From assembly GCA_965223425.1 (NCBI GenBank), contig OZ245003.1, positions 2,048,001 to 2,112,000 of the forward strand: a stretch of 64,000 bases of DNA. Direction: 5' to 3'. Under the pieces are notes generated by a model, which was given only the letters and a program-made list of their open reading frames with translations, ran no database searches and was not told the origin of the DNA. Origin of the DNA: Nitrosopumilus sp. (lineage in GTDB: Archaea; Thermoproteota; Nitrososphaeria; Nitrososphaerales; Nitrosopumilaceae). Below are positions 28,968 through 39,031 of the stretch, piece by piece. How positions within the stretch are numbered: position 1 is the stretch's first letter; each line of letters opens with the position of its first letter. Position numbers and translations under genes: made by a program.

Positions 28968-29675
28968 TTAATATAACCTTTTTTTACGAATTTTAGAACT
29001 CTTTTCTTCTAATTGTTCAATTTTCGAAATAAATTTAGGCTCTAATTTAATTTTAGAAAGAGATTCTGCAGATAGTTTTACAGTATTGCTATCTAAAGAT
29101 ATGTTCGTTTTAGGAAGATTTTTGTCAGCCCAAAATTTCATGACTTTGTCCTCAAGTTTGTAATCACGAAAACCCGCAGGAAATTTTTTTGTGATATGGT
29201 TTAGCAAAGTGCGGTCTTTAAAGACAACTCTGGGTTCGAACAATCGAGTTTCATCGCTGTAAACGTTTTCAAATAAATTGCCAGAGATTTCATCAGACAG
29301 TAGTTCCATTTTTGAAATTTTTCTTATTAATTCTAGAAAATGTAAAAATTCATGTGCTAGAATTGCATGAACTGTTCCTTTGAGCCCATAAGCAACCAAG
29401 GGAGCTGAAATCTGAATTACAACCTGAAATTGCTCTTCAAACATCACAGGAATTGTTCTTGCAAACAAGATTCCATATTCATAAGAGTTTGGATTTGGGG
29501 AAGAAAGTACAAGGGATGGTTCAACGTATGCAACAGGATATTGAATTCCAGATGCTTTTTCAATTCGGTTTATCCCCTCAACAGTAATAGGAAAACGCTT
29601 TATGGCAAGATCATACACGCTGTCGGGAATTATTCCTTTAGTGTGTGCATCTTTGAGACGTATTAGCGGATTCAA
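28968..29675 (-). CDS. hypothetical protein with HExxH (possible zincin)
   Basis: ILAHEFLH. Confidence 0.7.
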   Translation of the reverse strand: MNPLIRLKDAHTKGIIPDSVYDLAIKRFPITVEGINRIEKASGIQYPVAYVEPSLVLSSPNPNSYEYGILFARTIPVMFEEQFQVVIQISAPLVAYGLKGTVHAILAHEFLHFLELIRKISKMELLSDEISGNLFENVYSDETRLFEPRVVFKDRTLLNHITKKFPAGFRDYKLEDKVMKFWADKNLPKTNISLDSNTVKLSAESLSKIKLEPKFISKIEQLEEKSSKIRKKRLY

Positions 29676-29717
29676 TGGTCTTCCTCGACAATTATGAATG
29701 TAAAAAGGTTGATTTAA

Positions 29718-29810
29718 TTAAGATCTTGGTTTTCCAGATTTCTTTTTTTTGCGAGTTTCAGCCCTTTGATCAGCATGTCTTTGATGCTTACCTTTCTTTC
29801 TCATTGGCAT
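29718..29810 (-). CDS. 30-aa highly basic microprotein
   Basis: MPMRKKGKHQRHADQRAETRKKKKSGKPRS*, co-oriented downstream of pus10. Confidence 0.45.
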   Translation of the reverse strand: MPMRKKGKHQRHADQRAETRKKKKSGKPRS

Positions 29811-29845
29811 GCTGGTCTTGAGTATTCAGCGATAGTTAATTGTTA

Positions 29846-30991
29846 TCATTTTGTCTCAATATCAAGAAAATCAAACTCTTGACACTTGCAAGGAACATTA
29901 AGGATCTGAGAAACCCCTGGTGATACATCATCACTGTTCACAAATCGCTTTATGGGAAGACCTCCTTCAGTTTCGATAAACATGGTAAATTTATTATCAG
30001 AATTCCTTTTGTATTTTATAGAAAAAATTTTCTTTTCAGAACGCTTTCCAGACTTTTCATATACTACAATAGGGCATTTATGAAGATCTTTTAATTTTTT
30101 TAGGTTTTTTGAATAAACTTTAGATTCTGTAGATATTTTTACCTCTATTGACGAATTAAATTTGAGAGGTTTTTTTGGAGATTCTAAAACTAGCTTAGGA
30201 CTAATAATTTTTAGAAAGTCAAATTTTTTAGAAGTCAGTTTTGAATTTCTTCTTAGTGGGTTTTGAATCTTGACAAAAAACGGTCTTCCCTTGCCTAAAA
30301 CTAGACTGGATTTATCTTCACCGCCAATCCATGTGAATTTAGCAGTTGTTCCACCAAATTTTTCAAAAAGAAATTGAGAGATAGTCCCTTCAACACTATC
30401 AAATTCTGATATTCCATGGAAATTGCAAACTCTGCATCCTTTTCCAGAACAGTTGGAGCAAGATTTTTGTTTTTGTGGCATTCCCCTCAAAGTTTTGATA
30501 TATCGTCCAGAAAGAGTTATTGATTTTGAACGTAATTCGCAAGATTCATCTTTTAGATTTACGGTAAAAGTCAAATCCGGATCCAAAAAATCAACTGTCC
30601 GTTTTGTTTTTCTGGAAAATAGTTTTCCCAATTCTCTTGTTATATCGGTCTTCACACTGTCAGTTCCTTTTAATTTGTATTTTGAGCGGATATAATCATC
30701 CCTATCAACAATGGAGGGTTTGATGATAGCACCTACGCTAAATGATGAAAAAGAATAGTTTGACGAAACATCGAGCATTAGTTTCAAAAAATGGTTTAGA
30801 TTATCAAACAGGTTTTTACATATATGACATTTCTGGGCTGAGTTTAGGTTTTTCCCAAGTTTTTTACCAAGAATCTTATTTGATGAAAGATGTAATTGTT
30901 TTGAAAATAATCTGCCTAAACATTGCTCACACAATTCATGGTTTTGTAAGATTTGGTTTGCAATAACAAGAATTTTTTGATAATCAGACAT
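29846..30991 (-). CDS. pus10: tRNA pseudouridine synthase Pus10-like
   Basis: CxxCLGR, CHIC, GRYIK..RGMPQ, GRPF, GGLPIKRFV. Confidence 0.82.
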   Translation of the reverse strand: MSDYQKILVIANQILQNHELCEQCLGRLFSKQLHLSSNKILGKKLGKNLNSAQKCHICKNLFDNLNHFLKLMLDVSSNYSFSSFSVGAIIKPSIVDRDDYIRSKYKLKGTDSVKTDITRELGKLFSRKTKRTVDFLDPDLTFTVNLKDESCELRSKSITLSGRYIKTLRGMPQKQKSCSNCSGKGCRVCNFHGISEFDSVEGTISQFLFEKFGGTTAKFTWIGGEDKSSLVLGKGRPFFVKIQNPLRRNSKLTSKKFDFLKIISPKLVLESPKKPLKFNSSIEVKISTESKVYSKNLKKLKDLHKCPIVVYEKSGKRSEKKIFSIKYKRNSDNKFTMFIETEGGLPIKRFVNSDDVSPGVSQILNVPCKCQEFDFLDIETK

Positions 30992-31015
30992 GTTAGAAAA
31001 TAATTGTGTGTAAGA

Positions 31016-32341
31016 TTATCCCAAACCCATTCTTCTAAGCGTGCCCTGCATTTGGCGGCCTTTGGAGGCCTTCATCATATTCTTAGAATTCTTGTAATTT
31101 TTGAGCAGTTCTTTAACTTCACCTTCCGACCAACCAGAACCTCGAGCAATTCTTTTGATTCGTGAGGGATTAAGTAACTCAGGACTTGCTTTTTCATCTT
31201 TGGTCATACTCTGAATGATATAGCGCCATTTCTCTACTCTACCTTCCATTTGATCTAGCTGATCATCTTTTACCATTCCTGAAAGACCAGGCATACTTTC
31301 AAGAAAACCTTTCAATGAACCAACTTTAGTGACTTCTTCTAATTGATAAAAGAAATCATCCATATTCATTTTTCCACTAGAGATTCTTTTCATTCTTACA
31401 TCATCCCCTACATCTTCCAATCGTTTGGCCAAATCTAGCACTGCTTGAACATCACCCATTCCAAGTAATCGTCCAACGAATCGCGTTGGAGAAAATTTTT
31501 CTAAATCATCAATTCGTTCGCCAGTACCAATGTACATTATTTGTGCACCAGTAGCTGCAGATGCAGCAAGCGCACCACCACCTTTTGCAGAACTATCCAA
31601 TTTTGTAATGACAACACCACCAACGGGAATGGTTTTATGAAACGCCTCTGCTTGATTGTAGCATTGTTGTCCTATAGTTCCATCAATAACAAGTAATGCC
31701 AAATCTGGCTCTGCAACTATGTTTATTCGAGACATTTCTTCTAATAGATCGTGTTCTTCTTTGTGACGACCGGCTGTATCAATTAAAATTATATCCAGAG
31801 GCTGGCCGCCAAAATGTTTCAGTCCATTTTTAACAATACTGGGAGAATCTTTGTTGTTTTCTTCGCCGTACACTTCAACGTTTGATTTTTCACACATAGT
31901 TTTGAGTTGAACTAATGCACCAGGTCTGTAGGTATCAGCACCTACAACTCCAACTGCATATCCTTGCCTTGTCAAAAACTTGGCAAGTTTTGATGTAACA
32001 GTGGTTTTACCACTGCCCTGAATTCCAAGTAAAATTATTTTATTTTGTCTTCCAGGTTTAAAATCAAAATCAGACTCATTTCCTAATAATTTTGAGAGTT
32101 GATCATAAAGTATCTTTACGATATGATCCTTTCGTGAAAGACCGGGAGGAGGAGTCTCATTTAATGCCCGTTCTTCAAGTTGCTTTGTAATCTCTAGGAC
32201 TAGTCTAACATTTACATCAGACTGTAATAATGCCCTTTGAACGTCTTTAGAGAGATCTTTGATTAGTTCTTCATCTATACCTGAAGATTTGACAATTTTT
32301 TTGATTGCAGCACCCAAGCTGTCCTTTAATCCATCAAGCAT
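31016..32341 (-). CDS. srp54: signal recognition particle protein SRP54
   Basis: GIQGSGKTT, DTAGRH, TKLD, M domain SRIKRIARGSG. Confidence 0.96.
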   Translation of the reverse strand: MLDGLKDSLGAAIKKIVKSSGIDEELIKDLSKDVQRALLQSDVNVRLVLEITKQLEERALNETPPPGLSRKDHIVKILYDQLSKLLGNESDFDFKPGRQNKIILLGIQGSGKTTVTSKLAKFLTRQGYAVGVVGADTYRPGALVQLKTMCEKSNVEVYGEENNKDSPSIVKNGLKHFGGQPLDIILIDTAGRHKEEHDLLEEMSRINIVAEPDLALLVIDGTIGQQCYNQAEAFHKTIPVGGVVITKLDSSAKGGGALAASAATGAQIMYIGTGERIDDLEKFSPTRFVGRLLGMGDVQAVLDLAKRLEDVGDDVRMKRISSGKMNMDDFFYQLEEVTKVGSLKGFLESMPGLSGMVKDDQLDQMEGRVEKWRYIIQSMTKDEKASPELLNPSRIKRIARGSGWSEGEVKELLKNYKNSKNMMKASKGRQMQGTLRRMGLG

Positions 32342-33023
32342 TGTAGTTCAACTCCGCATCCACTATTTCAAACCTTCCTCTATACCCATCCCATGTTTTA
32401 TTGGCACGGTTAATTTTGATCGGGGTTGAAAAGAGAGGACAGTCAATCACAAACGTTTCTGCTTCACCTCCTTCAAAATTTAAGTTAAAACCAAATTTAT
32501 CAGATAGGGATTGCAAAGTATCAAGATCAGGTTTTGTAACAGATCTGCCAAGCCAAGTGCCATCTAAACCATCAGAAGACACAGTTATCATTATAAAATC
32601 AAAATTTGAATCAAGTAGATCATTCATGTATTGCTTTGGCTCGGCATTCCACAATGGAGAGACTGCAGCTAAATTTAATTTCGAGCAAAGAGTTTCAAAT
32701 TTTTCTTTTTGAAATTGGCTTTTGATTCCACCATGAACCAATCCCTCAATATGGAATTGTTCTTTAGCATTTTGGATCAAAGTTTCCAGCACAGATAATT
32801 CATCATCAGTGTCATCAGAATCAGAACTGATGGTAAGTTGGGGGATCTTCATAGATTCTGATTGTAATTTTGTCCAATGTAAATTTGGATGATGCAGCAA
32901 ATGACTTTCCTCAGATTTTGTAAACACACTTAGGAGACACGTTACTTCATGTCCTAGTTTTTGTGCCATATGTATTGCATATGTGCTATCTTTTCCGCCT
33001 GAAAAAAGAGAACCTAATTTCAT
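32334..33023 (-). CDS. dph6: diphthine-ammonia ligase
   Basis: SGGKDS, PLW, EGGEAETFV. Confidence 0.88.
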   Translation of the reverse strand: MKLGSLFSGGKDSTYAIHMAQKLGHEVTCLLSVFTKSEESHLLHHPNLHWTKLQSESMKIPQLTISSDSDDTDDELSVLETLIQNAKEQFHIEGLVHGGIKSQFQKEKFETLCSKLNLAAVSPLWNAEPKQYMNDLLDSNFDFIMITVSSDGLDGTWLGRSVTKPDLDTLQSLSDKFGFNLNFEGGEAETFVIDCPLFSTPIKINRANKTWDGYRGRFEIVDAELNYNA

Positions 33024-33137
33024 GATCTAAAATGTTTGATTCAACAAACCTTTGAAATTTGTTGAAAAAGGATGCCTCATCACTCATAATCCTCATCAAA
33101 AATCAGACGGCTTTTCCGCTCATCATCAGCATCCACA

Positions 33138-33548
33138 TCAGTTCTTAATGCGCATGATTTTAGTTTTATCCATTACAACCCAATATTCTACATTTTGTCC
33201 ATTTTCCAATTTACCGCTAACTTCGTCATCAGTCATGGATACGTCAATTGTTTCAAAAGTTTCAGAGTCCATAACTTGAACTGTGTCACCGTTTATGGAG
33301 ATTATTTGGCCTACTTTTTTGTTAATCATCGGAACATGGATTTGCATGCTGACAGGCCCCACATGAGGTCTTTTTTGACCATCAAAAATTCCTTCTCCAA
33401 CAATTCTGGCTTTTGCTGCACCATGCTTTCCTGGTTTTGATGTATCATATTCAGTGATTCTGCATGGTTCACCACTTGGTTGATCAGAATGTGGTAATAG
33501 AATGTAAGAACCTATCTTCAAAGAACCAAGGTCCGATGGTTTGCTCAT
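33138..33548 (-). CDS. eif5a: translation factor aIF5A
   Basis: SKPGKHGAAK hypusine motif. Confidence 0.96.
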   Translation of the reverse strand: MSKPSDLGSLKIGSYILLPHSDQPSGEPCRITEYDTSKPGKHGAAKARIVGEGIFDGQKRPHVGPVSMQIHVPMINKKVGQIISINGDTVQVMDSETFETIDVSMTDDEVSGKLENGQNVEYWVVMDKTKIMRIKN

Positions 33549-33582
33549 GAAAAAACAGTTTTTCGTCGAATATTTAACTTTT

Positions 33583-34284
33583 CTATTTTAGTTGATCAAG
33601 AATTGAAAGGCTCATCAAGTTAGTCATTATCAATCCTTTCCTGTTTACATCACGTCGTGTTTGCTCACAGTATTTCTTTACGCTTTGATGACTCTTTTCG
33701 CTTGCAACTTCAATGACTACAATATCTTCAGAGTATGGAAACGTGAATTTTGAAGGAGTTAAGCAAAACGTATTCATGTTTCCAAGTCCTGCCTTTTCAA
33801 CTTTTTCTCTTTTTAGTAAAAGATTTGCAATTTCTTGCAGATCTTCATCGTTTTCCCCGTATTCTATGTAGTATATTGAGACAAAATTTGTTTCTCCTTG
33901 GACTTCTCTTTGGAAGAGGTCGTCTTGTATGTTAAACACAAAAGATGTTTTGTCTTGATTATGTTTAGAAAGATCTTTGGATGTCTCCTCGTTGTCCTTG
34001 AATTTGGCTAGAAGATAATGGTTAGTAGAATCAGAAAAGTACGGCTTGCTTTCACTAGAAAATGTACCTGTGACAAAAAATAATTTTTCAATGTTTTTTG
34101 AATTAATCCAAGACTCTTTTAGCTCAACGGATTCATGTGTATGCAAATATGGGGCACAAACATAACCAGAATAGGAGAGTTTTAGCTCAGACACAAAGCT
34201 ACAAAAACTTTTGAGGGTATTTATGCTTATAGAGATCCTACGATCAAGTGTGGGAATGCATCTACGATAGTTTTTTAATAGCAT
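33583..34284 (-). CDS. hypothetical protein (true start probably near 34194)
   Basis: Long ORF with typical composition. Confidence 0.65.
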   Translation of the reverse strand: MLLKNYRRCIPTLDRRISISINTLKSFCSFVSELKLSYSGYVCAPYLHTHESVELKESWINSKNIEKLFFVTGTFSSESKPYFSDSTNHYLLAKFKDNEETSKDLSKHNQDKTSFVFNIQDDLFQREVQGETNFVSIYYIEYGENDEDLQEIANLLLKREKVEKAGLGNMNTFCLTPSKFTFPYSEDIVVIEVASEKSHQSVKKYCEQTRRDVNRKGLIMTNLMSLSILDQLK

Positions 34285-34303
34285 AGATCTTCGTTTTCCT
34301 TGT

Positions 34304-34427
34304 CCCGTGGTAGCTCAGCCTGGTAGAGCTTCCGGCTGTAGTTGTTGGCTTTAGATGGCTGACCAAATAACAGCATATCAGGCATACAGAAACCGGGTTG
34401 TCGGTGGTTCAACTCCGCCCCGCGGGA
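34304..34427 (+). tRNA. tRNA-Tyr(GTA) with about 49-nt canonical intron (34342-34390)
   Basis: Acceptor CCCGTGG/CCGCGGG, D-arm AGCTCAGCCTGGTAGAGC, anticodon GTA 34338-40, T-arm GGTTCAACTCC. Confidence 0.93.
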
Positions 34428-34596
34428 CTCACAATCTGGTCTAAAATAGCCCGTTATCGTTCTTCGAATTCTGGGCGGACTGACTTTCCGTACAATAAAG
34501 CATACCAATAAAGGAACAAACAGGCTCGATGCCACATGGAACAGGGTGGATTGTGTTTTTTGTGACACCAAGTCCTGGTCGGATAGTATTTACTTT

Positions 34597-36276
34597 GTAA
34601 CAATTCGGATTTCTGGAGTGAATTTTGGGGTGCCGAAAGAGATAAAGATCACGGCTAGAACACACATGTGATGCCGGCGGAGTTTGATCCTACCCGCGTA
34701 GACTGGGACAACCAAGACACAAACTATCTCTTTAAGCATTTCAAATCAGTGTTTGATCAGGAGAGAAGAGAGAGAAAGTCGTTGGAAGAAAAAGTCAAGC
34801 AGCAAAATGATACAATCAAGCAGCAAAATGACACAATCAGGCAGCTGGAAGAAGAGAACAGGCAGCTAAGGACAGGATCCGCAACCCAAAAGCCGGCCAG
34901 GAAGGCAAGAAGCTACAATGTGAGAAAATTCAAGGAATATCCGCGGCCAAAAAGCGACAAAAATACCGGGATGCGCGACAGGGAACAGAAGACTGACATC
35001 CCAGTCACAGATCACAGGGACGCAGACATTTCATATTGTCCCGGATGCGGTCTCAGACTTGCAGACAGCAGTACCGATTACGACCGTGACATAACAGACA
35101 TACAGGACGGCAGGGCGCGCCGCATCAGATGGAGCGTGGCGCGCCGCTACTGCAGGAACTGTAAAACGTCACACTCCGCACGCATACCCGGCACCCTGTC
35201 CGGCTCTCAGTATGGAATCACGATAATCTCCCAGGTAGTGCTGATGCGTTGCATGGGCATACCGTTTGAAAGGATAACTGACCTATTTGACATGATATAC
35301 GGGATACAAATCCCGGGTTCAACGCTGGTCTCCATGTGCGAAAAGGCGGCATGCCAGATGAGGCCCGTCTACGACGGACTGCTTGCAGGGATGATTCACA
35401 GGGCTCGCGCCATATACGGGGACGAGACCGGATGGTTTCTCAACGGACTGCATTACTGGGTATGGGTTCTAGTCTCCACGCACGGCGTGATATACCACAT
35501 ATCATCGACGCGCAGCAAGCAGGTGGCAGAGGCACTGGCAGGTGAGTTTGACGGAATTGTAATATCGGACTCGTATCTGGCATGGAGTGGAGTAGGCCTG
35601 CTACACCAAAAGTGCCTGCTGCACTATTTCAGGGACATGTACAAGACCCTGGAGGAGAGCTGCAGTAACGAGTTTGCCACATTCTTCAAGAGACTGCACG
35701 GCATACTCAAGGATGCCATAGACGCACGGGAAAAGTACGACAGTAATGCGGTTCCAGCAGACGTCACACAAAGGCTGCAGGACAGGATAGACGCGCTGGC
35801 ACGGCAGTCATACGACGATGCGGACTGCCGGAGGTACGCAAAAAGGCTCAAAAGGGAGGGGGATCAGCTGCTGACGTTTCTAGAGCACGGCGTGGAATAC
35901 CACAACAACAAAAGCGAGAGGGCCCTGAGGATGTTTGCCACCATGCGCAAGGTCAGCTACGGCAGCAGATCCGAGAAGGGCATGTACATCACAGAGACGC
36001 TGGCAAGCATATACGCCACATGCAGGATGCGCGGTGCAAACCCGTACAGTTTTATCCTGGAATGCCTTGACGGCCGCAGAACCGACGGGATTCCCATGGC
36101 TTGTCCGGACAAAGCTGCGGCAGTAAAGTGTGTCTGTGCCTAAAACGCCGCAACATCGCGCACACATGTATGGGGCTGAGCGGCGTTTTTGCCGATTTTG
36201 AACTGTCACTATATAACGGGGCGTGATTTGTCTGTCAAAATAAATCCCCCACAACTCCACAAATCCGAATAGTTAC
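34597..36276 (+). mobile_element. IS66-family element, complete
   Basis: TIR GTAACAATTCGGATTT/AAATCCGAATAGTTAC; 8-bp TSD TTTACTTT (34589-96, 36277-84). Confidence 0.92.
34668..36143 (+). CDS. IS66 transposase (TnpC, single-ORF type)
   Basis: Coiled coil, CPGC..CRNC, GDETGW, ISDSY, QKCLLH, NNKSERALR. Confidence 0.92.
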   Translation: MMPAEFDPTRVDWDNQDTNYLFKHFKSVFDQERRERKSLEEKVKQQNDTIKQQNDTIRQLEEENRQLRTGSATQKPARKARSYNVRKFKEYPRPKSDKNTGMRDREQKTDIPVTDHRDADISYCPGCGLRLADSSTDYDRDITDIQDGRARRIRWSVARRYCRNCKTSHSARIPGTLSGSQYGITIISQVVLMRCMGIPFERITDLFDMIYGIQIPGSTLVSMCEKAACQMRPVYDGLLAGMIHRARAIYGDETGWFLNGLHYWVWVLVSTHGVIYHISSTRSKQVAEALAGEFDGIVISDSYLAWSGVGLLHQKCLLHYFRDMYKTLEESCSNEFATFFKRLHGILKDAIDAREKYDSNAVPADVTQRLQDRIDALARQSYDDADCRRYAKRLKREGDQLLTFLEHGVEYHNNKSERALRMFATMRKVSYGSRSEKGMYITETLASIYATCRMRGANPYSFILECLDGRRTDGIPMACPDKAAAVKCVCA

Positions 36277-36581
36277 TTTACTTTAAAACAAGTTGTTAAT
36301 TAATTGGATCCTTTTTTTAATATGCGTGAACTGATTTTTTGTGCAGTCGTATATCTTTGAGCGAGTCGCCCTCATAATCACATCCAGGTACGCTACATTT
36401 TGACTTGAAATATTTCAATGAAAAAATAACAAAATGCTAAAATAAAAATCCTGTTTTGTAGGTGCTGTGTAATCTACGGTAGCTGTTTTCTAGTGTGTGG
36501 TGTAGGCAGCTGTGATTTTCTGGCATTTTGAATGTATTTAACCCAATAACCTTTTAAATAAAAAATACAATCAGAATAGAA

Positions 36582-37265
36582 ATGGATTTTATTGATGGAT
36601 TAAAAGAATCAAGAAATATTTATGCTGAATGTCCTCATTGTAATTTTATTTTTTCTTTGTTTAATGCTAGATTAATGCATGGAAAAAATCCACCTAAAGA
36701 CCTATTAGCAAAATCAGAAAAACAAACAAAGATAGCATTAGAGAAATTAGAACAATTCAAAGAAAAATATGAATTTGATTTAGAGGAACTAAACCAAAAA
36801 ATGAATGAATCTACATATAGATTAAAAGATAAAATTAATCTAATGAATGAGGAATACAAAAACAATAAGAGAATGCTTTCTGAAAAAATAAGACATATGA
36901 AATCAGATATTGCATACTCACAAAAAGAAATAATTAAAGAAAAGACACAGTTAGCTTTACTTCGGTCAAGAAGTGTAATAGAGGGTCACATTGCAGAATT
37001 ATTTCCATTTTTCAATAAAACAAACTATAATCCAGCTGATCTATGTGCATTAATGCCAACCCAACCTATCGATTTTATTGTATTTGATGGACTGTTCAAA
37101 AAAGATGTTTCATCCATAACTTTTCTTGATGTGAAAAAAGGTAGATCTCAATTAAATTCAACTCAAAAACAGATTAAAGATGTAATCAAAAATGGAAATG
37201 TTCACATGAAAAAACTTAGAGTGAATTTTGACAATGTTAAAGGAAATGCTAAGGAAGAATCATAA
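36582..37265 (+). CDS. Holliday-junction-resolvase-like PD-(D/E)xK endonuclease with Zn knuckle and coiled coil
   Basis: CPHC; SRSVIEGHIAE..P..PIDFIVFDGL..FLDVKKG..L..Q. Confidence 0.75.
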   Translation: MDFIDGLKESRNIYAECPHCNFIFSLFNARLMHGKNPPKDLLAKSEKQTKIALEKLEQFKEKYEFDLEELNQKMNESTYRLKDKINLMNEEYKNNKRMLSEKIRHMKSDIAYSQKEIIKEKTQLALLRSRSVIEGHIAELFPFFNKTNYNPADLCALMPTQPIDFIVFDGLFKKDVSSITFLDVKKGRSQLNSTQKQIKDVIKNGNVHMKKLRVNFDNVKGNAKEES

Positions 37266-37332
37266 ATTTATCATCCTAGAATCTGATGATCTACCAGAAT
37301 CAACCCTATAACGAAACATTTTTGATCAAGAA

Positions 37333-37842
37333 GTGTATTTCTACAACCATAATATGAGAAAAATATTTACCAAGACAGCTTCAAAGCGCAATCAAATGAT
37401 CAGAACAAAATCAATCTACAAACAAGCGGATGAAGAAGATGGACTTAGAGTTTTGATCACACGTTTTTATCCAAGAGGTGTTAAGCGAGAAAAATACGAT
37501 ATTTGGGTAAGGTCATTAGCTCCCAGTACTGAACTTCTAAAGAGATACAAAAATACTGAAATAGATTGGGATGATTTTAAAACTACGTTATTTTATGAGT
37601 TAAGAGACAACATAGATAGTGTTGAAGCAATTTACACATTGCAGACAAAAAACATGATGCAAAATGTAACTTTACTGTGTTATGAAAAGGATGGATGTCC
37701 ATGTCATAGACACATGGTTAGGGATTTGATAGAAGACCCTAGATTGTTAGATACCAAGTTTATACCTAAAAACACTGATTATCATAAACCTACTCCTGTG
37801 AAGATTCATGTTACCAACAAGAAACGATTGATCATATCCTAA
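37333..37842 (+). CDS. DUF488 (YeaO-like) protein
   Basis: DGLRVLITRFYPRGV, W..LAPSTEL, LLCYE..CHR. Confidence 0.85.
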   Translation: MYFYNHNMRKIFTKTASKRNQMIRTKSIYKQADEEDGLRVLITRFYPRGVKREKYDIWVRSLAPSTELLKRYKNTEIDWDDFKTTLFYELRDNIDSVEAIYTLQTKNMMQNVTLLCYEKDGCPCHRHMVRDLIEDPRLLDTKFIPKNTDYHKPTPVKIHVTNKKRLIIS

Positions 37843-38556
37843 TTCATCAATGTGAAGATTCTTCCACATCTGCTCTTTATTGTCATAATCATTGCGTAAC
37901 CATTCATACACACCCCATTCTAAAATTCCTTGCTTGTGGTATTGTTTTTTTGTTCTACATTTTGGACAACTATAAGATACAACAGGACGCACACCATAAT
38001 TTCGTATGGTCATAAACAAATCGTCATTAACTAATGTGGATTGGACAGTGGAATCTACATCTTTTCTCTCTTCAAATTTTTTATCAATTATTTTTGGTAT
38101 GATTATACCTAAACTGATTTTCTGATCATTCATGTCTTCAATACAATCATAACTGTAATTTGTTTTTAGATATTCAACAAGTTCGACCCATTCTTTTCTT
38201 GACAATTTTCTTTTTACTTTGATTTTATCGGATAGTGTATTCCACTCTGCCTTTGAACCTTGAATTTTCCAGCTCTCTGCTCTGCTGTCTCTAGAATTAC
38301 GTTCTAAAGGAATATCAATTACATTCCATCTCTTCATGGGTGAGTTTGGCGGTACTGGATAAATTCTAATCATTCCATGTTCTTTTGAAAAAGCTACTGT
38401 GCATACTGTTTTTCTATTATCGCTAATTTCATCAGGTACAGCATTTCCCAAGACTATAAGATCCTCAAAATATCTTTTCTCTATTTCTTGCTTGGATTCA
38501 GTATCATCATATTGTTTTAACCCATCAGACATGATTGACTCTCCAAATAACGCCAT
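37747..38556 (-). CDS. hypothetical, probable OB-fold nucleic-acid-binding protein
   Basis: TVCT..MIRIYPVP..RW..D.RAES..SLGII; CPKC..H; FLVGN. Confidence 0.6.
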   Translation of the reverse strand: MALFGESIMSDGLKQYDDTESKQEIEKRYFEDLIVLGNAVPDEISDNRKTVCTVAFSKEHGMIRIYPVPPNSPMKRWNVIDIPLERNSRDSRAESWKIQGSKAEWNTLSDKIKVKRKLSRKEWVELVEYLKTNYSYDCIEDMNDQKISLGIIIPKIIDKKFEERKDVDSTVQSTLVNDDLFMTIRNYGVRPVVSYSCPKCRTKKQYHKQGILEWGVYEWLRNDYDNKEQMWKNLHIDELGYDQSFLVGNMNLHRSRFMIISVFRYKLGI

Positions 38557-38932
38557 TTGTGTCTCTAATTCGTTTTAATCCAATATCTTTCTCTAGCTGT
38601 CTAACCCATTTGTTGTTTGGTACTATTTGCTCTAATTCCAGTAATTCCTTTAATTCTGTCCATGTCATACCGTTATCTTTATGTTCTAATGCACTCTTGA
38701 TTTTATCTCTAAATTCTGAATAAGGCATCTTCGGTTCTAATGATTTTGGTGTTTTATTTTTGACAGGTTTTGAAATAAAACTAATTTGGATTCCATTACC
38801 TTTTATCATAGCCTCTAATTCACTCCCAGATTCCCATTTTAACTGATTAATCAAATCTTCTTGTAAAGTTACAATATGCTTGAATTGTGGCCTGTCACCA
38901 TAATTATAGGCATGAACTTTTTGCAATTTCAT
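38525..38932 (-). CDS. AbrB/MazE-like plus winged-helix DNA-binding protein
   Basis: VTLQEDLINQLKWESGSEL; GMTWTELK..WVRQLE..GL. Confidence 0.6.
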   Translation of the reverse strand: MKLQKVHAYNYGDRPQFKHIVTLQEDLINQLKWESGSELEAMIKGNGIQISFISKPVKNKTPKSLEPKMPYSEFRDKIKSALEHKDNGMTWTELKELLELEQIVPNNKWVRQLEKDIGLKRIRDTNGVIWRVNHV

Positions 38933-38960
38933 AACATCACTCTTTCTTCCATGTATTTTA

Positions 38961-39003
38961 AATTATGGTATCACAATGTATATACAATTATGATATCATA
39001 ATT
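38961..39003. promoter_or_regulatory. 18-bp palindrome plus degenerate copy in a divergent promoter
   Basis: AATTATGATATCATAATT 38986-39003; AATTATGGTATCACAAT 38961-77. Confidence 0.55.
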
Positions 39004-39031
39004 ATAACTACAATGAATAAACAAAATTTAC

